Below, piece after piece: positions 1 to 11,956 of a stretch of DNA of 64,000 nt (within the stretch, counting starts at the first letter, position 1; every line of letters starts with the position of its first letter). The stretch comes from Selaginella moellendorffii. Lineage: Eukaryota; Plantae; Lycopodiophyta. Below the pieces are notes generated by a model. That model saw only the letters and a list, made by a program, of their open reading frames with translations. It had not been told where the DNA came from and did not search any database. The stretch covers positions 367,579-431,578 of the forward strand of contig NW_003314386.1 in assembly GCF_000143415.4 (NCBI RefSeq), given 5' to 3'. A program made the translations under genes and the position numbers.

Positions 1-1004
1 TTTTAACGTTTTTTTGATAAAAGAACATTGTGAACTAAATAATGTAGTTTTTGTACTGATTCATAATATAAATCTCTAATGTGAATATTAATGTTTGCAA
101 ATCTAAAATTATAATTCTAAACCAAGTCTTTCTTTTAACTTTATATTCAATTGAATAACCAGTCTTACTTTAAAGTCATCTGAACAAAATTCTTCTGTAT
201 CACTATTGGCATTTCCAAGAATTCTTTGTGATGCTCTTAAAATGGTATTACCAAAGACAGTATCAATCATGTTTAAATATGTAGAAAATATTTCTTCTAC
301 TTTATTAGGGTGAATATAAAAAGTAAATAAAACTCTTTTGTTATCTCCTAATGGAAATATTGCACTATAAGGTAAACCTACCTTGCAGTACTTATAAAAA
401 TTTCTCTAACAAGCTCTGTAATCCTTACAATAATATACCTGATTGACATTAATGAAACTGCAAATCGATTCCCATATAGAAAAAAAGAGGAAAATTAGTT
501 TCTCATAAAAACATTTTTGTAATAAATAATTCCTACGATTTTCTTATATTAACATTTTTTAACATTATTTAAGTCAAAATTATGATTTAAAATATAATTT
601 TTTTTAAGAGAATACTATTAAGTTTTACTTTTTTATAGTGTTTTTAATTGTTTTTTATAAAACTATTATATTTATATGAATTTATATATATAAATGTAGA
701 ATGAATGTTTGAAATAAATATGCTTTCTAAAGTTTAAATATCCTTTCTGTTTCAAGATTACCTAGTGGAACACGTGCATCATTATGAAAGTTTTTGGTTT
801 GCTCAAGTAAACATCTATTGGATGGTAATGCTATGGACATATCTAGAATATTCTTGGATACTTAGCATATTTTATATATATAACTTCTCTACAGCAATCT
901 ACAGAAGTTAAAATGGTTGTTCCCATTGAGGACAGATATGGGGAGGTAATTATTTATTCTTCCTCTTTTCTTGCCTTAACGTTGTTATTTATTTCAAACA
1001 TACA

Positions 1005-1246
1005 TACATACATATATATATATAGATATATATAGATATATATACTATATACATACTATACCTATATACATTTACATATATATACATTTACCCTATACAT
1101 ATTTACTTATACATATATATACATATACATATTTTTATATANNNNNNNNNNNNNNNNNNNNNNNNNNNNNNNNNNNNNNNNNNNNNNNNNNNNNNNNNNN
1201 NNNNNNNNNNNNNNNNNNNNNNNNNNNNNNNNNNNNNNNNNAAAGG

Positions 1247-1277
<31 letters not shown>

Positions 1278-1284
1278 AAAAAAA
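1005..1284. repeat. TA-rich microsatellite, assembly gap (1142-1241) and poly-A run
   Basis: Directly visible (TA/TACA)n, N run and A-tract. Confidence 0.9.
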
Positions 1285-1379
1285 GCAGGAGCGCCGGGTT
1301 TTTTTTGATAACTAGCTGGAACCAGCAGATACTAAAGTTGTGCTTGATCGAAGATAGTACTTGAAATATTGACTTAATA

Positions 1380-1765
1380 TTGGGCCTGAGAAGTATATGT
1401 AAGCTTTGATAGATCCCAGTGAATCATCCTTCTCAGCAGACCTTGCCAAGGACAATCTAGAGAAGTCAACTGATTGTTCCCATTGAGGACAGATCTGGGG
1501 AGGTAATTATTTATTCTTCCTCTTTACTTGCCTGAACACGGTTAACTTTATATGACTGAACAGATAACCGTGAAACTAGTTCTAAAAGGATGGTGTTTCC
1601 AGACAATCCTCTTACAATTAGACGCAACCGGTACCTCACGGACAGAAAGATCAAAGTCACAGTAGTTGAAGGAAGGAATCTAGCACCAAAAGATAGGAGT
1701 GGAAAAAGTGACCCTCACTTGAAACTGCAATCGAGACTGGAAACGGAAAGCTTCACATAGAAACA
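1380..1765 (+). pseudogene. Fragment of an SMP/C2-domain synaptotagmin-like gene (NTMC2 type)
   Basis: Exon-like pieces translate to IVPIEDRSGE|gt, ITVKLVLKGWCF and TDRKIKVTVVEGRNLAPKDRSGKSDPHLKLQ (C2 domain start); frameshifts/stops, no complete ORF. Confidence 0.65.
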
Positions 1766-2240
1766 GGTAAGAGGTTTTGTATTTGGATGGTGTAGCCACC
1801 CTTCTTAATGATATTATTTTAAGTGAGGAAACTTTAGGTGGGCCTTTCACAGATGGTGCAAATGGAATGCAAGCTGATGGATATCTTGATGACGGAGCAA
1901 AGTTACCTTTTTAAACATGTTTTGTATTAGTGATAAGCAAACATTAAATAAACAAATTAGAGAACAGTTTAAGAGTAGTAAATCACAGCCGTTGGATTGA
2001 AGATTAAAGTATTACGATATTCTAGGCATATTCTTCCACATGAATCATTAGAATATTCTCACTGTCCAACAGTTAACATTGACTAGTTTCGACTAATTTT
2101 TGACCCTTGGACGAACACTAGTTTTTTGATTACTTTCCCAAAAACTCGCCAATGCCTGCCTTGCTCTTGACCTTAGTAACTGGAAAAATACTGGAAGAAT
2201 GACACAGACCTGCATACCTCTCCACCTCCATTGAATCAAC

Positions 2241-3680
2241 TCACTCCTTCATCACGTTCAGGATCACTCCAGCACCCACGGTCTTGCCACCCTCGCGAAT
2301 CGCAAATCTCATCTTCTTCTCGCACGCGATCGGGGTGATGAGATCCACCTTCATGTTGACGCGATCGCCCGGCATCACCATCTTGGATTCCTCCCCTTTC
2401 TCGCCGGTCACCTCGATCACCTTGCCCGTCACGTCCGTCGTTCTCATGTAGAACTGGGGCCTGTAGCCGCAGAAGAATGGCGAGTGGCGTCCACCTTCTT
2501 CCTTCTTGAGCACGTAGACTTGCGCCTCGAACTTGCTAAACGGCTGGATCGATCCGGGCTTGGCGAGCACCATTCCCCTCTGGATGTCCGTCTTTTGGAT
2601 GCCTCTCAAGAGCAATCCACAGTTATCGCCAGCCAGTGCCTCGTCCAGCTCCTTCTTGAACATCTCGCACCCGGTCACCGTCGTGTTCCTTGTATCGCCC
2701 AGGCCAACGATCTCGACCACCTCGCCAACCTTGACGGTGCCCCTCTCGACCCGTCCCGTGGCCACAGTTCCACGCCCGGTGATCGAAAACACGTCCTCGA
2801 TCGCCATGAGGAACGGGAGGTCCGTCTGCCGTGGAGGAATCGGGATGTACTTGTCCACCGCGTCCCGGAGCTCGTAGATCTTGTCCACCCACTTATCGTC
2901 CCCTCGCTTGATCTCCTTGTTGCTCGTCAGCGCCGTGAGAGCGTTGAGAGCTGATCCAGATACCACGGGGACGTCGTCTCCCGGGAACTCGTACGAGTTG
3001 AGAAGCTCGCGGACCTCGAGCTCCACGAGCTGGAGGAGCTCCTCGTCGTCCACCATGTCCTGCTTGTTGAGGAACACGACCATGCTCGGCACCCCGACTT
3101 GCTTGGCCAGGAGGACGTGTTCTTTCGTCTGTGGCATCGGCCCATCGGCTCCAGACACGACCAGGATGGCCCCGTCCATCTGCGCTGCTCCAGTGATCAT
3201 GTTCTTGACGTAGTCGGCATGGCCGGGGCAATCGACGTGAGCGTAGTGCCGCTCCTCGCTCTCATACTCCACGCACGCCGTGTTGATGGTGATCCCGCGA
3301 GCTTTCTCCTCCGGAGCAGCGTCGATCTCGTCATACTTCTTGGGCTTTCCACCACCGATTCCAATGAAAGTTAGCGCCGCTGTCAAGGTGGTCTTGCCGT
3401 GATCCACATGCCCGATTGTGCCGATGTTGACGTGCGGCTTCTTCCTCTCGAATTTCCCCTTTGCCGCGCGGACCACCAGCGAGGAAGAGGACCTCCGCCC
3501 GGGGACACGCTCTCTGAAAATCTCGGCTTGCAATGCCTGGTGGAAGCTCTGTTGCGAGTGTGAGAAGCCGAATCCTAGAGCCACTGGCGACCGGGAGGGG
3601 GTAATCGAAGGCTTGGCGGCCTGGAAAGTGGTGCCGCTCGCTGCCGCTGCCGAGGACGTGACTGCCGTGCAGCACGCCAT
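2241..3680 (-). CDS. tufA: Nuclear-encoded plastid elongation factor Tu, intronless, with transit peptide
   Basis: 479 aa ORF: Ser/Ala-rich N-terminus ending [28 protein letters not shown]-terminal [14 protein letters not shown]. Confidence 0.97.
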   Translation of the reverse strand: MACCTAVTSSAAAASGTTFQAAKPSITPSRSPVALGFGFSHSQQSFHQALQAEIFRERVPGRRSSSSLVVRAAKGKFERKKPHVNIGTIGHVDHGKTTLTAALTFIGIGGGKPKKYDEIDAAPEEKARGITINTACVEYESEERHYAHVDCPGHADYVKNMITGAAQMDGAILVVSGADGPMPQTKEHVLLAKQVGVPSMVVFLNKQDMVDDEELLQLVELEVRELLNSYEFPGDDVPVVSGSALNALTALTSNKEIKRGDDKWVDKIYELRDAVDKYIPIPPRQTDLPFLMAIEDVFSITGRGTVATGRVERGTVKVGEVVEIVGLGDTRNTTVTGCEMFKKELDEALAGDNCGLLLRGIQKTDIQRGMVLAKPGSIQPFSKFEAQVYVLKKEEGGRHSPFFCGYRPQFYMRTTDVTGKVIEVTGEKGEESKMVMPGDRVNMKVDLITPIACEKKMRFAIREGGKTVGAGVILNVMKE

Positions 3681-4028
3681 GCCCGATAAACCCTAAAACC
3701 CTGGCGGGATGGAATCACTGCTCTCGATCTCTTGCCGCGCCTGCAAAGAGCCTCGCATCAAACATCCATCGATCCAATGCCGGCGCTAGAATGCGAGAAA
3801 TCTGAGCTAGAATGTACCTGGGCGCTGGTCGAAGATCGCGCGCCTCGCCTCTCCTCCTCCACGCCCGCCACAATAATCCCTCAAATGGATAGAGCGTAGC
3901 AACGGCCACGATGGATCCAAGCCTAGCACCATTCGGATGCCGCCACGTAGCGCTAACGACAGCCTTCCATTTGAGCTTATATTGACCGTCAGATATTTAC
4001 GCGATTATAATACAAAAATTTCTGTTTA

Positions 4029-4722
4029 CTAGTAATCATCTCCTTCGTCCTCGTCTCTCCTGTTGCGAAGAACCCTAGAGATCCATCCCACGGCCAGTAA
4101 TCCCAGCAGCAATGGAACGAAATCGAATCCACCGACGCCTACAGCCACTGCCGGAGCGGGCGGAGCGAAGAACGAGAATGGGGACAATCCCCATCCGCCA
4201 CCGAAGAATGGATTCCCATAGCCGCCATAGCCATAGCCAGGATTCACGTAGATGTTTGTCCTGCGCACCATCACTGGCTTTTGAAAGTCAAGATCGAAAG
4301 TGGGTCTACCTGGAATTGTTGATTCTGGGGCCGGATCGAGGAGGAGGAGCTGATCTTGGCGGTGGAGCCACTCTTGGCGCCATTCTTGGAGCGGAACGGA
4401 AGGACTGACCTCCAATTCTACCGCCAGAGGGAGCTGCGATGGCGACGGTGTCGGCAGGATCAGATGGAGATGGAGCTGCGAGAAGAATTCCAGCTGCGAT
4501 TGCTGAGAAGATCACTCTCCCCAATTTGCTCCTCCCACTGGTAAACTGATCGATCACAAACAGATCACACAGACAATGAAATCGATACCTTGTGCTGGGC
4601 GACGACGATTCTTCGTCACTGCTCGAGCTGGAGCATCGAATCCGAAGGCGCTGCTCAGAATGAAGCCCATGAGCGAGCAAACTCTTCCCGGAAGCTGTTG
4701 CCATCACCATCACTTGCGCCAT
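4029..4722 (-). CDS. Small membrane protein with probable plastid transit peptide, At5g57345/OXR-like (3 exons)
   Basis: ATG 4722; introns ~4539-4589 and ~4261-4309; spliced product has SGGRIGGQSFRSAP...RINNSRTNIYVNP, Gly/Tyr-rich stretch, TM helix and acidic tail. Confidence 0.75.
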
Positions 4723-5109
4723 TCTCTTCCAAAACTCTCTTTCTCCTTTGTCGTGGATGATCAAGCATGAAAAGAAATACCCTCCCTCTACCGACATAAA
4801 CTTAATCCTTTTTCTCATGTGAGTAATCAATCATATCCTTAGGATGTGGTTCTCCTAACTCTAGATCCAAAACCCAGTGATCGAAGGTAGTAAAACTTTC
4901 TAGTCCTACCATCTCGCATGGTAGTCCATTCTAACACATAGGCATTTATGCTAAACATGGTTCACATACTTACTATAATTAATCTTTTCAGGTTAAGTAG
5001 GGTTTATATTGTTATTTAAATGTATATTAGATGATGGAATAGGCCAGGATATTAGAACATCCTAGGTATCCACTACTATATATCAAAAACTATGCAAAAC
5101 ATTTTGTTG

Positions 5110-5144
<35 letters not shown>

Positions 5145-5419
5145 GCAAATAAGTGTTTTTTACTTTTAAATTATAATTTTGACTTTAACTAAAGGATTCT
5201 TTAAAAGATATTAATATTTTTTAATTGCCTGAGCTGATTTACAATTTCATTATCTACTAGGTGTGTTAATAAGGATCATTTGAAAAATATTTGTAAATTA
5301 CTGCAAGGCATTTAATGTTGATGATAATCCTTCTGGGCCAGGTCAGCTAACTTTCTCTATCAAGTTATTTTCCATATTCAATATACAATGTTGTCAAAAT
5401 CTAAGTATTTCTTTTTTCT

Positions 5420-8400
5420 CTAAGCCGATGAATCTGAAGGTTCGTAACGATCTAGACTCCTTTGTGAGGATCCCAAATCGTCTGCTGTTAGCCTTCGCTT
5501 GCTCAAGCTCGCTCGTTGCATCAAACGCACCAAAGCTTGGACAACTTCCGACATTGGAGGCCGGAACTCCGGCTCGGGCTGCGCGAGAGAATCAAACCCA
5601 ACGAGCTTGGATCATTGGTACAAAACGCAAACTTTTACCTGGACACACGATGAGATGATATCGGCAAAGCGGGAGAGAGACTTGGCCGGATAGATTCCTT
5701 TGAGTGCTGGATCAACCATCCTCGACAAGGCATCGATGTCGTGGAGCTGCGGCACTGCCCATCGCACCAGCGATTGTTCGGCTCGGCTCCTCGAGCTGGA
5801 AGTTTCAAGTTTGGAGCTTACTTACATAAAACTCTTGGATGGAAGAACTTCAAGATTTTACCTGTCTAGCGATTTTCTTCCGGTTAGAAGCTCCAGCATC
5901 ACCACTCCAAAGCTGTAAACATCGCTCTTGACAGTGTACACGCCAGACATGGCAAACTCCGGCGCGCTGTAGCCAAAAGAGACCAGCATTTGCGAAGAAA
6001 CCTGCAATAAGGACGATCGAGAAAGAAGAAAAGAGATTAAAGACGAGACTGAAAAGAAAAGTGAGATGGATACCTGACGCTCGGCACCGTAGGGAGCGAG
6101 TGCTGCTAGTCCACAGTCCGAGACTCGAGGATTAAGTTCCTCGTCCAAAAGAATGTTGACCGACTTGAAGTTCCTGTGAACTATAGCTGGGTGATAAACT
6201 TCGTGCAAATACCTGTGGAAAGCATCTAATGATCAAAAGAAGGATAGTGACGAAATAGTTCTTACTCGAGTGCTCGAGCAGCTCCCAGGGCGATCTTCAC
6301 TCTTTGGTTCCATGAAAGTCTCCTGCTCGACTCATCCGAGCAATGGAGGACTTCAAACAGCGTTCCATACTCGACAAAGTCGTAAACTAGCAGCCTTTGC
6401 GAGTGCTCTGTGCAATATCCAACCAGCTCGGTGATGTTACTGTGCCGCAAGCGCGCTAGATTCGAGACCACTTTGATGAACTCGTCCTCGTTTTGTACCA
6501 TAGGTGCTGAAGTGTCGAGCTTCTTCACAGCTACAATCTGGAAGAACACAACCGATGCTTATAACGAACGAGGAATAAAAAATGCCAAGAACTTTTACCT
6601 TGTCATCTATCTCGGCTCTATAGACTCTCCCGAGAGCTCCCTCTCCGACCAGATTTTCCTGAGAAAAGCTGTTCGTCGCAGCTTGGAGCTCGGCGATGGA
6701 GATGGCAGGGACGGCAATCTGGAGCTTGGAAGCTTTGCCTGGCGTGGGTGTAATACTTTTCATGGCTGGGCTCTTTTCGATCGAAAGCTTGCTCTTTTCT
6801 GCGGGTGGTGGAGTCAAAGGCCTGTCAGCTTTTGGCTGCGCAAACATCTCTCGAGACACTGATCCACCGAACAAAGAAAGAATCGATGAGAAGTTTCATA
6901 CTCAAAACATTCTTACCTCTGTCCAGGGCAACGAGAGGATGACTCTTGGAGCTTCGCTTCTCTTCGTCTTTGGTCGAGTTGGTTCCTTCTTCGTCCTTGT
7001 TTGTTCTTCCGCAAAAGAAGAGAATTACCAGCAAGCCTGCGAGTAAAGCCAGTGCCGAGGCCACCACCACGCCTGCTATCTTTCCAGCGCTCCAGTACCG
7101 GCGACTCCCTCTGCTCATCACACCTGATATAACCGGGCCTTTGAGCGGAGACTTCTGGTCGGGATTCTGTTTCACCGTGCTTGGCTGCTGCAAGACTTGC
7201 ATTGATGGAGCGGAGGCTGGAGCGAAAAGGAATGGAGCTGGCGCAGGAGCCATGACAATCGCTGATCCAAACTGATTGCCAGTTATCCTGACGGAAAGTA
7301 AAACATGATTTTTTTCGAAACAGAACAAGAAAAGCTATGGCTTACTTGAGAGATGGAATCGTGAGAAGTGATGGTGGAATTTGTCCCGAGAAACCATTGT
7401 TTGTGATATCGCTGCAACAAGGAGCAACATTTCGTGTTTGAGATTTTCGAGAGCAAGAACGTAACTTACAGGTCTTGGAGCTGCTGGAGTTGGCCTAGAA
7501 CGCCGATATCTCCACTGAGCGAGTTGTTCTCCATATGCCTGACACGATCAAACAGTGTAAGAAACTGTGATCCAAGATCCAAGCGATCATGATTGAACTT
7601 ACAAAGTTATCAAGCTCGTCAAAGCTCCCATGGAGGGTGGAAGGGGACCACTAAACTGGTTGCCAGACAGATCCCTGGATCAAAGAAATAAAAAACGTGG
7701 AGAATAGAACCAAGAACTACTTACAGGCTCGTAAGACTTGTCAGGGATTGGAACATGTCCGGAACGGGACCGACAATCTGATTGTTGCTCATGTTGCTAC
7801 AACAAAAAAAAAAAAAAAACCGAAACTTAAGCTCTCGATGGATCAAAACTCCTGAAAACTTACAAGCTTATCAGCGAGATAAGATCCTTCATTGAGTAGG
7901 GAAGTGTCTCGGTGAACTCGTTGTTCGCAAAGTTTCTAGATACGAAAGAGATATCAAGAGCAACACGGAAGAATGAATGAAAACTACGTACATTTCTTGA
8001 ATGCGAGGTGGAAGTTGATATGGAACCATCTGTCCGATGCTGTTATTGTTGAGATCCCTGGAGAAGAACGAGAAAAAGAGATAGGAGAGTTTAGCATGGA
8101 TCGANNNNNNNNNNNNNNNNNNNNNNNNNNNNNNNNNNNNNNNNNNNNNNNNNNNNNNNNNNNNNNNNNNNNNNNNNNNNNNNNNNNNNNNNNNNNNNNN
8201 NNNNAGGAGACCTGTGAAGTTATAGAGCGCGTAGCCGAGCCATCCTGTTATTCCCAGTCCAGAGAGACGACTTTTGGATGGAAACGATTCAATGAATGAT
8301 TGTTTCGAAGAGAAAAGAAAGTTCCAAAAGCAAAAGCTTGAGTGGAAGAACTTTCAAAGAGAAAAGCGACTTACATTCCAGTTATGTTCGGGCCAGCACA

Positions 8401-8688
8401 CTGAATTCCTTGCCACAATTCTCCACACGGGTCTACGGGATTCATGCTCCACCCAGTCAGTGGTGGCGAATTCAGGCTAGCGTAGAGAACCGAGAGAGCA
8501 AATACTGGAAGAGAAAGCAACAACGATCATCAACCTTGTCAAAATGCTTGAAACAAAGAGTGGAAGATCATACCATCTTGGGGATCTGTCCAGCTTTGAG
8601 CTTGCAAGAAGAGCCCCGCGAGAATGAAAACCACAGCCACCATCCTCCAATTCCACCTCGTCGCTCTTCTCGCTGGAGAAACTTCCAT
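5420..8688 (-). CDS. SRF: STRUBBELIG-receptor-family (LRR-V) receptor-like kinase, multi-exon
   Basis: Signal peptide (ATG 8688), serial one-LRR exons, Pro-rich linker, TM helix, kinase with [12 protein letters not shown] (non-RD), [37 protein letters not shown]; stop 5420; gap at 8105-8204 inside the gene. Confidence 0.9.
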
Positions 8689-9116
8689 GACGAATGGATC
8701 ACTCTTTAGATTAGACTCGCATTCTTTTCCTAAAGAACCAAGCGACTGTCCAAAGATACTCTACTCTTTCTTCGCACCAGGAAAAAGAAGAGAGGAAAGC
8801 TTTTGCTCAATGAATGAACGCTGGAAGCGAGCGAGGTAAAAGCTGCGAGGAACAAGAACACAACAACGCTCCAACTACCAAAGGCCGCGGGGATTTTTTG
8901 GCAGGAGCAGCGACCCACTAGCGCAAAAACACGAATTCATGACGCAGATCCACAACCCATCATCGCCCTCGTCTCACATTTTTCTCTTTTCTCCCTCGAG
9001 ACAACATAAGAACAAACAAACAAACAAACAATGCCACGAAATGATGAAAAGGGCGAAGCTAAAACAAAGCAAGGACTTGGCTATGGCTGCTTCTTCCTCG
9101 CTCGCTCGCTCAGACC

Positions 9117-9155
9117 CTCTCTCTCTCTCTCTCTTTCTCTCTCTCACTCTCTCTT
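9117..9155. repeat. (CT)n microsatellite in SRF upstream/5'UTR region
   Basis: Directly visible. Confidence 0.85.
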
Positions 9156-9660
9156 TCTTTTCACAAGAAAACAAATCAAGCAGACAAAAACAAAGGATCA
9201 AGAGCACAAAATCCTGGGCAGTCGACACGAATTTAATCTCGTGACTGTGACGATTTTAACACGGAGTCGCAAATTCAGGCTGATCGTCGCCAGATTACTG
9301 CCAGTTTGTGTGAACTTTACTCTCTTTTCTTCGATCTTTTCTTTTCTAGTCTTCTTTTGTCTGCGCAGGTGGAAAGCTGCTGTTTTTCTATAGCGACCAT
9401 GTTCTTCATTGCTGGCTGGCATGAATATAGGGAATATGCTGCCACCATAGCCAGAAAGTTTCCCAAAGCTCTCTCTTTTTTCTTCTTTTCTCTGGTGAAG
9501 GAAGGACACGATCAAACGAAACCAAAGTTCTTTCTTTTGCTCCAAGTTTTCTTTCCAATCTTAAAGTTTGTTGCAGCACAAGGATCGCACCATCTTAACA
9601 CCATCTTAGCGGAGAACTTACGATCTCGCAAAAAGGTTGCCGAGAGTTCTCGGCTCAAGA

Positions 9661-11211
9661 TCAAGCTGAGATCACTTCCATTTTCTCACACTCGTCTCTA
9701 ATCTCTGCAAACAAAGGTGTGGAAAGATAGCGCTCACCGGCACTGGGAAGTATCACAACGATCATCTTTCCAGCGTTCTCAGGACTTTTCGCGATCTAAA
9801 CAACAAGAAACAATCAACCAGGATTGAAAACATGCTGCACCAAAGCATTGCTTACCTTGATAGCTCCAGCAAACGCAGCTCCGGACGAGATTCCAACCAA
9901 AAGGCCCTCCTCGCTCGCCAATCTTCTCGTCCAATCAAGAGCTTCCTCCGTAGTGACGGTCACCACTCTATCGATGATGCTCGTGTCTGTGACGTCTGGA
10001 ATAAATCCTGGTCCTATTCCTTGGATCCCGTGCGGCCCCTTGACACCACCCGATAGAACTGGACTCTCAGCCGGCTCCACTGCCATGACTTGGATTTCCG
10101 GGTTTCGAGACTTGAGATACTTCCCAGCTCCACTGAGTGTTCCTCCTGTTCCACAGCCCGACATGAAGATGTCCACCTTGCCTGCCGTGTCTTTCCAGAT
10201 CTCAGGACCTTGGAAGTTCATAAAAGACACACTTTGATGAAGTTAGGCAACGAAGAACGCTTTCAAATCTTACCCGTGCTATCGAAGTGAGCTTGAGGGT
10301 TGCATGGGTTCTGGGCTTGATCCAGCATGCACGCGTTTGGAAGTGTTTTTGCTAGCTCTCGAGCTTTGTCAAACAAGAAGGCAAATCCTAGAGCAGGATC
10401 TGGCATCACAAAACAAGTTAACGCTCAGACTAAGAAAACAATGTGTGGAAAGAACCTGTGAGGATGACTTGAGCCCCAAAGGCTTTGAGAATCATCCGGC
10501 GCTCGATCGAGTAGCTGGAAGGCATGACGGCCACGACTTTATATCCTCGGACTGCAGCTACAAGAGCTAGAGCGATTCCAGTGTTCCCGCTCGTTGGCTC
10601 CACAATGGTTGACACTCCAGGAATAAGGAGTCCTTTGTTCTCGGCATCAATGATCATCCTGGGAAAAACAACCGATAGAACTGGGTGAAAGAGCTAACTT
10701 TGATGAAAGAAATAAAGAACTTTTATGGATCTAAAGTTACTTGGGAGAGAGCAATGCGATCCTTGACTAAAGAACTTTGATGAAAGAACTGAAGAACTTT
10801 GATGGATCTAAAGTTCTTACGGACGCGACCCTTGACTAAAGAACTTTGGTGGATCAGCAATGCGATCCTTGATTAAAGAACTCTGATGAAAGATGGAATC
10901 ACTTACGAGAGAGCCATGCGATCCTTGACGGAGCATCCAGGCTGATATCCTTCCAACTTGACGACGATCCTCGCGAGAGCTCCTTCCTTGGCAGAGATTC
11001 TCTTGGTTTCCACCAGGGGCGTCCATCCGATAAGCTAAGCCATTCCAAGTAAACTCCCTTGAAACGAAGGATAAGATCACTTTCTCACCTCTGCGGCGCT
11101 TCCAAGGATCCTTTCTCCTCCATCGCATTTGCGATCGATCGAGAAGAATGGACTGGCAGCCTCGCCTCCAGATCCAATGCGAGCGATGGAGGGGATTTCC
11201 AGGAGATCCAT
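9661..11211 (-). CDS. Cysteine synthase / beta-substituted alanine synthase family (OAS-TL-like), divergent
   Basis: Spliced product LIGWTPLV...QPGCSVKDR (PLP Lys), [43 protein letters not shown]; ATG 11211, stop 9661. Confidence 0.9.
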
Positions 11212-11298
11212 CGAAACAAAGCGCCCTAGTCAACCTCGTCTCTCTCATCTCTTTGTCGCTTATATAGCTAGGAGGAAGAACGCGGAGAGACGCCGGCC

Positions 11299-11880
11299 AT
11301 GGCGTCGTCATCGTGCCTCCTCCTCTCGATTCCGTCCTGTTCTTACACTGGCGCCACTGCTGCGAGCATCGATCGGCCGAAATCTCGAGGTAGGAGGAGC
11401 TATAGCTCGTCGATTCGCTGTGGCGCCCTCAAATCCGCGCCCAAGGGTTTTGGAGAGCTCCCCAGCTCCAGCAAGAAGAGGGACGAATCATCCTCTTCTC
11501 CTTCTTCCTCCATCGCCACGACCTCGAATTTGGGGCAAGTATCGTCCGCCAAGGGAGAGGAGGAGGACGATACCGTGCCAGAGGTTGTGACGAATCGGAT
11601 GCTCAAGCGCATGATCGTGACGGTGGGAGCGCCGCTGGGGACCGGATTCCTCGCATTCCCGGCCTACTACTTCGCGAAATCGGCGCTCAAGATGGAATTC
11701 CCCCAAGTCTTGCCGATGATCACCTCCTTCCTCTTGTTCGGGCTCTCCGGATTTGGGATCTTGTACGCGGTGGTGTCGACGAGCTGGGATCCGCTGCGCG
11801 AGGGATCGGTGCTGGGATGGGACGAAGCGCGCGTGAATTGGAATCTCGTGTGGCAGAAGCGCGACGAGGACGACGACTAG
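11299..11880 (+). CDS. PAM68: PAM68-like thylakoid assembly factor, intronless
   Basis: Transit peptide, acidic stretch, VPEVVTNRMLKRM, two TM helices, STSWDPLREGSVLGWDEARVNW. Confidence 0.85.
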   Translation: MASSSCLLLSIPSCSYTGATAASIDRPKSRGRRSYSSSIRCGALKSAPKGFGELPSSSKKRDESSSSPSSSIATTSNLGQVSSAKGEEEDDTVPEVVTNRMLKRMIVTVGAPLGTGFLAFPAYYFAKSALKMEFPQVLPMITSFLLFGLSGFGILYAVVSTSWDPLREGSVLGWDEARVNWNLVWQKRDEDDD

Positions 11881-11956
11881 CTCTAAAGGGAAATGTATAT
11901 AGGAGCTCGAAAATTTAGGGTTCTTCGCAAATGTGAGAGCTAGGGTTTAACCAAGA

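Noticed and set aside
2484-3696. Overlapping and antisense ORFs over EF-Tu (likewise over mTERF, ACD, coiled-coil and O-FucT genes)
   Set aside because: Shadow ORFs expected from GC-rich coding sequence
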